Source: Candidatus Acidiferrum sp.
Lineage (GTDB): Bacteria; Verrucomicrobiota; Verrucomicrobiia; Limisphaerales; UBA8199
Direction of reading: 5' to 3'
DNA length: 64,000 nt
NCBI GenBank assembly: GCA_035566435.1
Contig: DATMRF010000011.1
Span: forward strand, 26,878 to 90,877
The position numbers and the translations under genes are program-made. The notes under the pieces were generated by a model. The model was not told the origin of the DNA. It made no database searches and saw only the letters and a list, made by a program, of their open reading frames with translations. Positions 46,107 to 55,664 of the stretch are shown in pieces; within the stretch, counting starts at the first letter, position 1, and the number at the start of each line of letters is the position of its first letter.

Positions 46107-46159
46107 TAAGTGACAGCCCGGCCCTAGAATGAAAGACTAAACGTGCAAGCAAGATTTTT

Positions 46160-47980
46160 ATGACGACCGCAGCTACGACTCATCAACAACTCCTCGCCTG
46201 GGTCGAGGAAATGACCAAACTCTGCCAGCCGGCGCGCATTCACTGGTGCGACGGGTCCCAGCAGGAAAACGAAGCGCTTTGCGAACAGATGGTACACACG
46301 GGGACGCTGACCCGGCTGGACCCGGTAAAACGCCCAGGCTCCTACCTGGCGCGTTCGCACCCCAGCGACGTCGCGCGGGTCGAGGACCGGACGTTCATTT
46401 GTTCGCGGACCAACGAGGACGCCGGTCCGACCAACAACTGGGCCGACCCGAGCGAAACGAAGGAGCAGTTGAGAACGGTCTTCAAGGGGTGCATGGCCGG
46501 ACGCACGATGTATGTGATTCCATTCGCAATGGGGCCGCTGCACTCACCGATCTGCAAGGTCGGGATTGAGATCAGCGATTCCCCTTACGTGGTGGTAAAC
46601 ATGCGGATTATGACGCGCATGGGCCAGGCGGTGCTCGATAAGCTCGGCACGGACGGCGAATTCATCCCCTGCCTGCACTCGGTAGGAGCGCCGCTCAAGC
46701 CCGGTCAGGCCGACCTGCCGTGGCCCTGCGAGCCGGACCCGCAAAAGAAATACATCGTCCACTTTCCGGATGACCCGTCGATCTGGTCCTACGGTTCGGG
46801 GTACGGGGGCAACGCTCTGTTGGGCAAGAAATGCCTGGCGCTGCGCATCGCATCGGCGGTGGCACGCCGCGAGGGGTGGCTGGCGGAACACATGTTGATC
46901 CTGGCGCTGACTTCGCCTCAGGGAAAAACCCACTACGTCGCCGCAGCGTTTCCCAGCGCTTGCGGCAAGACGAACCTGGCGATGATGCGGCCCAGCCTGA
47001 CCGGTTGGACGGTGCGTTGTGTGGGCGACGATATCGCCTGGATCCGCGTCGGCGCAGATGGGCAGCTTTATGCCATGAACCCCGAGGCGGGCTTTTTCGG
47101 CGTCGCGCCGGGTACTTCGGCAAAGACCAACCCGAATGCCATGGAGACGATCAATCGCAACACGATTTTCACCAACGTGGTGCTCACGCCTGACAACGAC
47201 GTGTGGTGGGAGGACATGGGAGTGCCCGCGCCGGCACGCGGCATCGATTGGCAGGGGAACGAATGGACGCCGGACAGCGGCCGGAAAGGGGCGCATCCGA
47301 ACGCGCGGTTCACCACCCCGGCGTCGCAGTGCCCTGTGATTGATCCGAGTTGGGAAAGCGCCGCCGGCGTGCCGCTCTCGGCGGTGCTGTTTGGCGGCCG
47401 GCGCGCGAGCACGGTGCCGTTGGTGGCCGAGGCCTTCGACTGGGAGCACGGCGTGTTCATGGGCGCGAGCGCCGGGTCGGAAACGACTGCGGCGGCACTG
47501 GGCCAGGCGGGAGTCTTGCGGCGCGATCCGTTCGCCATGCTGCCGTTTTGCGGCTATAACATGGGCGATTACCTCGGATACTGGCTCTCCTTTGTTGGGC
47601 GCACCGATCGTGCCCGGCTGCCGAAGGTCTTCTTTGTGAACTGGTTTCGGAAGAGTCCTGAGGGGAAATGGCTCTGGCCGGGTTACGGCGAGAACAGCCG
47701 GGTGCTCAAGTGGATTTGCGAGCGCGTCGAGGGCAAAGGGAAGGCCGTGGAATCGCCCATCGGCTGGCTGCCAGCGGACGGGGCGTTGGACCTCCGCGGT
47801 TTGAGCCTCAGCCCGGATGACTTGAAATTGTTGCTCAGCGTTGAGCCCGAGGCGTGGAAGAAGGAAATCGAAGACGCCACGAGTTACTTCAACAAATTTG
47901 GAGACAAACTGCCCGCCAAATTGCGATTGCAACTGGCCGACCTGGACCAACGGTTGTCGGCGATGCAAATGGCAGCGTAG
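46160..47980 (+). CDS. pckG: Phosphoenolpyruvate carboxykinase (GTP)
   Basis: Kinase-1a [18 protein letters not shown] and WFRK motifs; 606 aa. Confidence 0.95.
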   Translation: MTTAATTHQQLLAWVEEMTKLCQPARIHWCDGSQQENEALCEQMVHTGTLTRLDPVKRPGSYLARSHPSDVARVEDRTFICSRTNEDAGPTNNWADPSETKEQLRTVFKGCMAGRTMYVIPFAMGPLHSPICKVGIEISDSPYVVVNMRIMTRMGQAVLDKLGTDGEFIPCLHSVGAPLKPGQADLPWPCEPDPQKKYIVHFPDDPSIWSYGSGYGGNALLGKKCLALRIASAVARREGWLAEHMLILALTSPQGKTHYVAAAFPSACGKTNLAMMRPSLTGWTVRCVGDDIAWIRVGADGQLYAMNPEAGFFGVAPGTSAKTNPNAMETINRNTIFTNVVLTPDNDVWWEDMGVPAPARGIDWQGNEWTPDSGRKGAHPNARFTTPASQCPVIDPSWESAAGVPLSAVLFGGRRASTVPLVAEAFDWEHGVFMGASAGSETTAAALGQAGVLRRDPFAMLPFCGYNMGDYLGYWLSFVGRTDRARLPKVFFVNWFRKSPEGKWLWPGYGENSRVLKWICERVEGKGKAVESPIGWLPADGALDLRGLSLSPDDLKLLLSVEPEAWKKEIEDATSYFNKFGDKLPAKLRLQLADLDQRLSAMQMAA

Positions 47981-48004
47981 GCGAGCCTGCCCGGATGCGA
48001 GGGC

Positions 48005-48053
48005 GTGGATAGTGATGAGTGACCAGTAATCAGTAAGCAGTGGTCAGTCGCTG
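48005..48053. repeat. Seven-unit heptad array GTNNNNA downstream of pckG
   Basis: GTGGATA GTGATGA GTGACCA GTAATCA GTAAGCA GTGGTCA GTCGCTG in perfect 7-nt register. Confidence 0.75.
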
Positions 48054-48132
48054 GAGCACCGGTCATTAGTCACGCGTCCCGCACTATCGATCCTATTTGC
48101 CTTTGAGACTGTTTCGGTGAATGATTTGAGTC

Positions 48133-49230
48133 ATGAACCTCGAGACTGTTTTGGCGCGGATTGTGTCGGCGGAAATTGTGGGCTTTTGCGTAGGCTCGTT
48201 GAAAACCGGGCTGGCTCTCTGCCTGTTAGGAATGCTTGCAACCGGCGCGCAACCCAATCTGCGTGCAGCCGAAGCAAGCGGCGGCGGGAGCAAAGGCCTA
48301 TTGCTGGTGGCCAACAAGGGGGACCAGACGCTCGGCATTATTGATCCTGAAACCGGCCGGCAGGTTGCCACGGTGCCGGAGGATGGTGTGACCGGCCACG
48401 AAGTCGCCGCGTCCCCCGATGGGAAACGAGCTTTTGTTCCGATCTACGGCAATTCGGGGGTCGGTCACGCCGGGACGGATGGCAGCCTGCTGCGGGTGAT
48501 CGACCTGGCCAAGCGGACGGTGATCGGGACGGTTGATTTCGGAAAAGGCGTTCGACCTCATTGCGCGGTCTTCGGTCCGAAGAACGGTTTGCTTTACGTA
48601 ACAACAGAGCTGGAAGACGCCCTGACAGTGATTGATCCAGACACATTAAAGATTGTCACCACCATCCCTACTGGACAATCCGAGTCTCACATGCTGGCGA
48701 TCACGAGCGATGGCCGGCGCGGCTACACGGCGAATGTCGGGCCCGGCACGGTGTCGGTGCTGGACCTGGAAACGAAGAAAGTGCTGGAAGTCATACCGAT
48801 CTCGCGCACCACCCAGCGCATTGCGCTTTCGCCCGATGACCGCTGGGCCTTCACGGCGGACCAAACCAAACCGCAGCTCGCCGTAATCGATACCGCGAGC
48901 AACAAAGTGAAGCACTGGGTGACCCTGCCCGGAGTCGGCTACGGCACGGCCGCGACGCCGGATGGCCGTTGGTTGCTCGTCGCGCTAATCGGCATCAACA
49001 AAGTAGGCGCGGTGAACCTGGACACTATGAAGGTCCAGCACACGGTGGATGTGCCCCGTGCCCCGCAGGAAGTGGTCGTCCGTCCTGATGGCGCCGTGGC
49101 TTATGTTTCCTGCGATGCGAGCCGACAGGTCGCCGTGTTGGACCTGAAGGATTGGAAAGTGGAAAAGCTAATCGATGCGGGACGTGGTGCAGACGGGCTG
49201 GCGTGGGCGGGGGGTGAAGGGAAGCGTTGA
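48133..49230 (+). CDS. Secreted YVTN/YncE-like beta-propeller repeat protein
   Basis: Repeated ~40-aa units (SPDGKRAFV, TSDGRRGYTAN, SPDDRWAFTAD, TPDGRWLLVA, RPDGAVAYVS) with V.D..T.K motifs. Confidence 0.65.
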   Translation: MNLETVLARIVSAEIVGFCVGSLKTGLALCLLGMLATGAQPNLRAAEASGGGSKGLLLVANKGDQTLGIIDPETGRQVATVPEDGVTGHEVAASPDGKRAFVPIYGNSGVGHAGTDGSLLRVIDLAKRTVIGTVDFGKGVRPHCAVFGPKNGLLYVTTELEDALTVIDPDTLKIVTTIPTGQSESHMLAITSDGRRGYTANVGPGTVSVLDLETKKVLEVIPISRTTQRIALSPDDRWAFTADQTKPQLAVIDTASNKVKHWVTLPGVGYGTAATPDGRWLLVALIGINKVGAVNLDTMKVQHTVDVPRAPQEVVVRPDGAVAYVSCDASRQVAVLDLKDWKVEKLIDAGRGADGLAWAGGEGKR

Positions 49231-49233
49231 GGC

Positions 49234-49261
49234 GTGAAACGTGATGCGTGAAACGATTAGC
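49234..49261. repeat. Heptad array GTGAAAC GTGATGC GTGAAAC GATTAGC after the beta-propeller gene stop
   Basis: Contains the 15-mer GTGATGCGTGAAACG (49241-49255), which is shared with 147-161 and 51128-51142. Confidence 0.7.
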
Positions 49262-49279
49262 TTTAACGTTTCAACCGCA

Positions 49280-49621
49280 ATGATTGTCACCATTTTTCGC
49301 TCGCGGCTGCGGCCGGAGCACCGGGAGGAATACGAGCGGATGGCGGCGCGGATGGATGACCTGGCGCAGAACATGCCCGGTTTCGTTTCCATCAAGACTT
49401 TCACCGCACCGGACGGCGAACGGGTATCGTTGGTGGAGTTCGATTCGGAGGCGGCGCATCAAGCATGGCGGCAGCATCCCGAGCACCGGGAAGCGCAGCG
49501 ATTGGGGCGGGAGAAGTTCTATTCGGAGTATCGGATTCAGGTGTGCCGGCTGGAACGCGACTATGGGATGAAAGCGGCGGCCGGCGAGGCGGAGCCCGGG
49601 ACTCAGCCGCAGACGCATTGA
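49280..49621 (+). CDS. Antibiotic-biosynthesis-monooxygenase (ABM) domain protein
   Basis: MIVTIFRSRLRPE...GFVSIKTF...SLVEFDSEAAHQAWRQHPEHREAQ is a typical ferredoxin-like ABM pattern. Confidence 0.6.
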   Translation: MIVTIFRSRLRPEHREEYERMAARMDDLAQNMPGFVSIKTFTAPDGERVSLVEFDSEAAHQAWRQHPEHREAQRLGREKFYSEYRIQVCRLERDYGMKAAAGEAEPGTQPQTH

Positions 49622-49716
49622 ACCACGAACCGCACCAGGGGCATGGAAAAGAGCCGCCGTCTTATCCGACGGGGCGGATTCTGTCCCGGCTGTCAGAACT
49701 CTCCGCAGCACCGGCG

Positions 49717-51111
49717 ATGAGAATTTTTGGTGGGTGGTTTTTGATCGGCCTGGTGTGCCTCAGCCCAAGCGACCTTCGAGCGCAGACCGAGGCCAAGGAG
49801 AACCGTGAAGCTCGGCCGAAACGTCTGGTGATTGTCGCGCCAAGGGCTTTTTATCCCGCCCTGAAGGAATTTGTACGTTATAAAAGCATTCTGCTGCCGA
49901 CCGAATTGGTCTCGCTGGAGACGATTCTTCAGCGCGGCATCGGGGCGGATGATCCGGAGAAGCTCAAGCGTTTCCTGTACGAGCGGTGGCGTCATCGCGA
50001 CCTCGGATACGCCTTGTTGGTTGGGGATGTGGACGTGCTACCAGTGCGATTCATGGTTCTCGATCGGGTCACTCCGGCGGCCTACGATTATGCGTTCTAC
50101 CCGAGCGACCTTTATTACAGCGATTTGGCCAAAGCCGATGGTTCGTTCGAGGACTGGAACGCGCGCAAGGAGTCGTTTCACGCCGCATACTTTGGAGAAG
50201 TTAGAGGCGAGAAGAACAAGCACGACCCGATCAACTACGACGCGGTGGATTACCTGCCCGACATTGCCGTCGGGCGCTGGCCGGTCAGCACATCGGAAGA
50301 GGTTCAACGAGTGGCTGCCAAAACGATCGCGCGCGAGCGCCTGGTGTCAGCTGGGGACGACCCGCAATTGCAGCGGGCGGCACTATTGGCGGTGGGCGGC
50401 TGGGTGGACAGCCGGCATCTGCTGGACGACCTCGCCGCCAGACTCACGAATTCCTGGCGAGTGGAAAAGCGGTATTACTCCGACAGGGGCCACCCGGCAA
50501 GCATGTTGCCGCCGAACCATGAGCAGGTGCGGGCGCTGTTGGAGAACGGGGTCGGCCTTGTGGTGCATACCGGTCACGGCGCTGCGGATGCATGGGAGCA
50601 ATGTTTTTCAGTCCGTGACCTCGACGGCCTCACCAACGGCCCCGCGCTGCCGGTTGTCATTTCGGCCGGGTGCAGCACGGCCTATTTTGCGCCGCTTCCA
50701 CCCTACGATGGCTATGTCGACGTGGATGGCAAGGAGCACGCCGGCACCGACCATGGGGAGAGGTTCGACGCGCCCCCGCCGCCGCCGTCGCCGTATCAAC
50801 GCGGCCGGTTCAACCCGACCGGCCTGGGCGAGCAATTGCTCAAGCGCGGGCCCAACGGGGCGGTCGCCTATATTGGCTGCGATACCGGCAGCCAACCTTG
50901 TGCCCTGACGTTAGTCGAAGGATTCGTCACCGCGTTGAGCGAAACGAAAACGCCACGCCTGGGCGATTGTTGGGCCGAGGCAATTCGCCATTACTTCGAT
51001 AAGGAGCACCTCGCCGATCTAAAACCGAATGACGATTGGTATCCGCCGAGCATCTTTTTTCAAGGGATGAAGTTTATGGTATTCGGTGATCCGAGCTTGA
51101 GAGTCCGTTGA
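49717..51111 (+). CDS. Peptidase C25 (gingipain-like) family protein
   Basis: Signal peptide MRIFGGWFLIGLVCL, YALLVGDVDVLP, His VVHTGHG and Cys ISAGCSTAYF dyad context. The ORF upstream of 49717 overlaps the ABM gene and was trimmed. Confidence 0.7.
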   Translation: MRIFGGWFLIGLVCLSPSDLRAQTEAKENREARPKRLVIVAPRAFYPALKEFVRYKSILLPTELVSLETILQRGIGADDPEKLKRFLYERWRHRDLGYALLVGDVDVLPVRFMVLDRVTPAAYDYAFYPSDLYYSDLAKADGSFEDWNARKESFHAAYFGEVRGEKNKHDPINYDAVDYLPDIAVGRWPVSTSEEVQRVAAKTIARERLVSAGDDPQLQRAALLAVGGWVDSRHLLDDLAARLTNSWRVEKRYYSDRGHPASMLPPNHEQVRALLENGVGLVVHTGHGAADAWEQCFSVRDLDGLTNGPALPVVISAGCSTAYFAPLPPYDGYVDVDGKEHAGTDHGERFDAPPPPPSPYQRGRFNPTGLGEQLLKRGPNGAVAYIGCDTGSQPCALTLVEGFVTALSETKTPRLGDCWAEAIRHYFDKEHLADLKPNDDWYPPSIFFQGMKFMVFGDPSLRVR

Positions 51112-51120
51112 GGCGAAAGA

Positions 51121-51226
51121 GGGATGCGTGATGCGTGAAACGTACGAGGTTGAAACGTTAAAAGGTTAAAACGGAGAAAACGTTAAACGCAATTCTTTCA
51201 CGTTTCACGCATCACTCTCACGCTTC
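51121..51226. repeat. Heptad/octamer arrays forming a 16-bp perfect stem between convergent genes (possible bidirectional terminator)
   Basis: GTGATGCGTGAAACGT (51128-51143) pairs perfectly with ACGTTTCACGCATCAC (51200-51215). The 56-nt loop is itself made of GTTAAAAC-type words. Confidence 0.7.
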
Positions 51227-51246
51227 GACGATTTCTGGCCTCCGCC

Positions 51247-52134
51247 TCAGACCTCACAGAGGCGCATCATCTTATCCAGCGTTTCCAGCGGCTCTTTGGT
51301 AGGTGAGTATTCATGGGCTATGTACCCCTGGTGGCCGAGGTCGCCGATGGCTTTGCAGATGCCGGTGTAATTCATCTCCTGCGTATCATCGAACTCATGC
51401 CGACCGGGATTGCCGGCAGTATGGAAGTGCCCAATGTAGGCGAAATTGTTGCGGATGGTGCGGATGATGTCGCCCTCCATGATCTGCATGTGGTAGATGT
51501 CATAGAGCAGCTTTACGCGCGGCGAGTTGACGCGCTTGCAGGCTTCCACCCCCCAGGAGGTGTGGTCGCACATGTATCCCGGGTGATTGACCTTGCTGTT
51601 CAGCAGCTCCATGCAGAGCGTGACGTTCTGTTCCTCCGCCAGCGCTTTGAGGTTTTTAAGAAACGCGACCGTGTTGTCGAGGCCCTCCTCGTCGGAAATT
51701 CCTTTGCGGTCGCCCGCCAGCACGATGACGTTCGGCGCGCCTGCCGCAGCTGTAGCTTTGATCGCCTCACGCATTTTGGCATCCATGTCCGCATGGTTTT
51801 TCTTGTCGTTGATACCGCTCTTGATGCCGCTGCCTCCGGGCACCATCGTCGGGATCAGTCCGTGCTTCTTAAGCACCGGGAAGTCATTGGGACCGACCAG
51901 GTCGATGCCGACGGCGCCAAGGCGAGCGGCTTCGCGGCATTGGCCGTCCAGGTCAAGCTTGAGGCCGCTGAAAACGCCACGGCAGAGGCTCTGTTTCAAG
52001 CGCCCTTTGCGCGGGGCGGCCTGGGCCGGAGGAGTCGCGGCGGCCAGGATGGAAAAGGCGGTGAACCCACCAAGAGTGGCGAGGAAGTTCCTACGCGGGA
52101 GCGCAGACGAAGGGTGGGTGTTCATGTGTTTCAT
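51247..52134 (-). CDS. Tat-signal xylose-isomerase-like TIM-barrel protein (sugar phosphate isomerase/epimerase family)
   Basis: Twin-arginine motif PRRNFLATLGG and TIM-barrel family pattern (ELLNSKV.HPGY, HFHTAGNPGRHE). ATG at 52134 forms an ATGA overlap with the upstream stop; ATG at 52143 is also possible. Confidence 0.75.
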   Translation of the reverse strand: MKHMNTHPSSALPRRNFLATLGGFTAFSILAAATPPAQAAPRKGRLKQSLCRGVFSGLKLDLDGQCREAARLGAVGIDLVGPNDFPVLKKHGLIPTMVPGGSGIKSGINDKKNHADMDAKMREAIKATAAAGAPNVIVLAGDRKGISDEEGLDNTVAFLKNLKALAEEQNVTLCMELLNSKVNHPGYMCDHTSWGVEACKRVNSPRVKLLYDIYHMQIMEGDIIRTIRNNFAYIGHFHTAGNPGRHEFDDTQEMNYTGICKAIGDLGHQGYIAHEYSPTKEPLETLDKMMRLCEV

Positions 52135-53666
52135 ATCTCCCATCCTGGACGATTCTTGCGGAATTTCAACTCGTTCGCCTCAGGCGAATTGGCGAACTCG
52201 AACCTGGCGGAATCCCACGCGAGTTTTTTGTTTACGCGCAGAGCGATGGTGCCCAACAGGATCGTTTCGGCGAAAGGATACGCGTTCTCAAAGCACGCGT
52301 CGGAAGGCTGACCGCCGCGGCAGGCGCGGATGAACTGGTCCAATTCGTCGATGGGGCGCGGCAGAGTCTTAGGCGGTTCCTTGAAGTCCTGCATTCGCGC
52401 CTTGGGAATCAGCCGAGGGTCCTCGCCGCTGAAGCCAGCCAGAAGTTTTCCATTATCGCCGACAAATAACAACCCTTCATCGGGCATTGGTTCGCCATCT
52501 TCGGCGAGCTCTTTCAACAGCGGTGGCTGCAGCCCGCCGTCGTACCAGTGAAGTGTTACCGGAGGCAAATCCCCCCGGGCGGGGAATTGCCAGTGGATCA
52601 GCGAGGCGCGAGGATATGCCAGGCGGTTGGTCTGTTTGTGCCACGTGTAGTCCTCAATTTTCCAGTATTGACTGCGCGTTGCTTCGACGCTGAGCGGCGA
52701 ACCCAATTTCAGGATCTCGAAGATTTGGTGAAAGCTGTAGTGACCCATGTCACCCAGCGCCCCGGTGCCGAAGTCGCACCAACCGCGGAAAACCGCATTC
52801 GTGTACGCCGGGTGGTATGGCCGCTCGCTCGCCGGCCCTAGCCAGAGGTCCCAAAGAAACCCATCGGGAACCGGCGGCGTATCCGAGGGGCGTTCGGTCA
52901 TTCCCTGCGGCCAGAATGGGCGCGAGGACCAATTGTGTACTTCGCGGACGGGCCCAATGCAGCCGCTGGTGAGCCATTCGGCGATCGTGGGGGTGCTCGC
53001 CATGCCGGCGGAGCAGAAGAGTTGTGTAGCGACGCCGGTCTCGCGAGCAGTATCGCGGGCGATGCGCACTTCGTTCAGAACGTTCGACATCGGCTTGTGT
53101 GTGATGATGTGTTTGCCCTTGCGCATGGCCCGGACCGCGACCACGCCATGCAAATGCTCCGGCGTCATGTTATAGACCGCATCCAGGTCCTTCTCCTTTT
53201 CCAGCAGTTCGCGGAAATCCGTGTAAGCCCGGCAGGAGGTACCCTGCCCCGAGCGTTTCTGTTTCGCGTAATAGCGATTAACCACCTCCAGCCCGACCTC
53301 GCGTCCGCATAAACCGCCACGCGCACCCTGGGCCCAGGCGGGGTCGTCCAGGAACTTGCTGATTTTGTTGTTCACCTCGTGCTTGGCCCACTCGGGGTAA
53401 TCGTCGCTCTTGCGATTCGGATCGCACACCGCGACGATATTGAGCTGTGGTTTAGGCAACGCCGCCAGCATTTGCCGCATACCCTGCGTGCCGCAGCCAA
53501 TATATGCGAGGTTGATCTTTTCGCTGGGAGGGACATGCCGTGGCCCGCCAAGGACCTCGCGCGGCACGACACTGACGGCCGCAGCCACTGCGCCGGCGCT
53601 GACCAGGAAGCGCCGTCGGGAAACTGCAGGAAGGGAGGTGTTGCCTGTTGGTTTGAATGTTTTCAT
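52131..53666 (-). CDS. Tat-signal Gfo/Idh/MocA family oxidoreductase
   Basis: VSRRRFLVSAG, Rossmann LAYIGCGTQG. C-terminal half is similar to the 57992 paralog (WDLWLGP..RPYHPAY, LGDMG.H). ATG at 53666. Confidence 0.8.
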   Translation of the reverse strand: MKTFKPTGNTSLPAVSRRRFLVSAGAVAAAVSVVPREVLGGPRHVPPSEKINLAYIGCGTQGMRQMLAALPKPQLNIVAVCDPNRKSDDYPEWAKHEVNNKISKFLDDPAWAQGARGGLCGREVGLEVVNRYYAKQKRSGQGTSCRAYTDFRELLEKEKDLDAVYNMTPEHLHGVVAVRAMRKGKHIITHKPMSNVLNEVRIARDTARETGVATQLFCSAGMASTPTIAEWLTSGCIGPVREVHNWSSRPFWPQGMTERPSDTPPVPDGFLWDLWLGPASERPYHPAYTNAVFRGWCDFGTGALGDMGHYSFHQIFEILKLGSPLSVEATRSQYWKIEDYTWHKQTNRLAYPRASLIHWQFPARGDLPPVTLHWYDGGLQPPLLKELAEDGEPMPDEGLLFVGDNGKLLAGFSGEDPRLIPKARMQDFKEPPKTLPRPIDELDQFIRACRGGQPSDACFENAYPFAETILLGTIALRVNKKLAWDSARFEFANSPEANELKFRKNRPGWEI

Positions 53667-53781
53667 AAGGCGTTTCGAGTTAACCACACCCCGCCAAGGA
53701 CGGCAAGCTGCGGCAAGCTTGGCTGATGAAAAAACTTTAACAAGGATTCCATCTGTGTTCATCTGAAGCGAAACAGCAGCC

Positions 53782-54813
53782 ATGAAAGCCCTGGTGCTCA
53801 AAGAATACAAACGCTTCGCCTACGAAGAGGTCCCGGCGCCGGAGCCCGGCCCGGACGAGGTGCTCATCGCCGTCAAAGCATGCGGGATTTGCGGCAGCGA
53901 TGTTCATGGCATGGACGGCAGTACGGGGAGGCGGCGTCCGCCCATTATAATGGGCCACGAAGCGGCCGGCGTGATTGCCGGAACCGGCAAAGAGGCCACC
54001 ACCTGGCATTCCGGCGAAACGGTTACGTTTGACTCCACGATCTACTGCGGGCATTGCGACTACTGCCGCCGCGGCCAGGTCAATCTATGTGACAATCGCC
54101 GCGTGTTGGGGGTGTCCTGCGAAGATTATCGGCAGCACGGCGCATTTGCGGAATTCGTCGTGGTGCCGCAACGCATCCTGTACCGTGTGCCGGAGGGTCT
54201 GCCGTCGGAGCACGCGGCGCTGGTGGAACCTTTTGCCATCGCGCTGCACGCCATCCGGCGCTCGCCGCCGACTTTGAACGACGCGGTCGTCGTGGTGGGT
54301 GCGGGAATGATCGGCCTGGCACTCGTTCAAGGGCTCAGCCAAACCGGCTGCGGGCGACTCATCGTCGTTGATGTCGCCGCCGACCGGCTCGCGCTGGCCG
54401 CCAAGCTCGGAGCGACGCACACGGTCAACTCCGCCGACGAGAACGCGGCTGAGGCGATTCTGCGGCTCACGCAGGGCCGGGGCGCAGACCTCGCGTTCGA
54501 AGCGGTGGGCCTGACGCCGACCGTGGACCTGGCGTTGCTCTGCCTGCGGAAAAGCGGCGCGGTGACGCTCGTCGGCAACGTCGCGCCGAAAATCGAATTC
54601 CCGCTGCAAGCGGCGGTGACTCGGGAACTGAGGGTTTTCGGCTCCTGTGCCTCGCGAGGGGAGTATCCGGCCTGTCTGCAGATGCTATCGCGAGGGGCGC
54701 TAAAAGCTGCACCGCTGATCAGCGCCGTCGCGCCGCTGACGGAGGGCGCCGAGTGGTTCGAGCGGCTTCGTCGGAAAGAAGCGGGCTTGTTGAAAGTGAT
54801 CCTCAGGCCTTGA
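53782..54813 (+). CDS. Zinc-binding medium-chain alcohol/polyol dehydrogenase
   Basis: GICGSDVHG, GHE, structural zinc CGHCDYCRRGQVNLC and Rossmann VVGAGMIG. Confidence 0.85.
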   Translation: MKALVLKEYKRFAYEEVPAPEPGPDEVLIAVKACGICGSDVHGMDGSTGRRRPPIIMGHEAAGVIAGTGKEATTWHSGETVTFDSTIYCGHCDYCRRGQVNLCDNRRVLGVSCEDYRQHGAFAEFVVVPQRILYRVPEGLPSEHAALVEPFAIALHAIRRSPPTLNDAVVVVGAGMIGLALVQGLSQTGCGRLIVVDVAADRLALAAKLGATHTVNSADENAAEAILRLTQGRGADLAFEAVGLTPTVDLALLCLRKSGAVTLVGNVAPKIEFPLQAAVTRELRVFGSCASRGEYPACLQMLSRGALKAAPLISAVAPLTEGAEWFERLRRKEAGLLKVILRP

Positions 54814-54846
54814 TGGCCGCCGGCCACTACACCGGATTGTTGTTGT

Positions 54847-55644
54847 ATGAATGTGAACCCTTTTGACCTCACGGGAAAGGTGGCCGTCGTTACTGGCACA
54901 AGCCGGGGACTGGGCCAATATTTCGGTCGGGCGCTCGCAAAGGCCGGTGCCGACTTGGTGATAACGAGTCGCGACCCGAACGCGCTAAAACCCTTCCAGG
55001 CCGAGATCGAATCGCTTGGCCGCCAGGTGCTGTCTCTGCCGCTGGATGTGCGCCAGCTTGCGAGCATCCAGACCATGGTGGCCGCGGCGGTCGCGCACTA
55101 CGGCAAGATCGACATCCTTGTGAACAACGCCGGGTGCAATGTCCGCAAGCCGGCGCTGGAGGTCACCTGGGACGACTGGAACCTGGTGCTCGATACAAAT
55201 CTGCGGGGAACGTTCTTTGTGTCGCAAGCGATAGCGCGGCACATGATCGCCAGGAAGTACGGGCGCATTGTCAACATCGGTTCGGTCACCTGTGTTGCCG
55301 GTTACGCCGGCCTGGGACCGTACGGCGCCAGTCGTGGCGGAGTGAAGCAATTGACGATGAGCCTGGCCGACGATTGGGGCATCCATGGGATTACCGTCAA
55401 CTGCCTGGCGCCCGGCTGGTTCAAGACCGCGCAGAACGCGGTGATGTATGACAACAAAGAGTGGGTCGATTACCTTTGCGACCGGATCCCGCTCAAACGG
55501 CCCGGTCAACCGCATGATTTGGAAGGCGCGGTGGTGTTCCTCGCCTCGGATGCCAGCGCTTATGTGACCGGCCAGACGTTGCTCGTGGATGGCGGGATCT
55601 CAACCGGGGCGACCCGGGCCATGCCCGCCAAAAAGGCAGTTTAG
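54847..55644 (+). CDS. SDR-family oxidoreductase
   Basis: VVTGTSRGLG, NNAG and catalytic YGASRGGVK. Confidence 0.85.
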   Translation: MNVNPFDLTGKVAVVTGTSRGLGQYFGRALAKAGADLVITSRDPNALKPFQAEIESLGRQVLSLPLDVRQLASIQTMVAAAVAHYGKIDILVNNAGCNVRKPALEVTWDDWNLVLDTNLRGTFFVSQAIARHMIARKYGRIVNIGSVTCVAGYAGLGPYGASRGGVKQLTMSLADDWGIHGITVNCLAPGWFKTAQNAVMYDNKEWVDYLCDRIPLKRPGQPHDLEGAVVFLASDASAYVTGQTLLVDGGISTGATRAMPAKKAV

Positions 55645-55664
55645 CGGGCTCGTCTCATCGCGCT

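Noticed and set aside
49465-49716. 84-codon N-terminal extension of the C25 peptidase ORF.
   Set aside because: It overlaps the ABM gene in another frame. A clean signal peptide begins at the ATG at 49717.
147-51226. Whether the short tandem arrays could be CRISPR arrays or ordinary microsatellites.
   Set aside because: The units are 7-8 nt with no spacers, and no cas genes are present, so they are not CRISPR. The units are not identical copies, so they are not simple microsatellites either. They are reported instead as a distinct repeat class.
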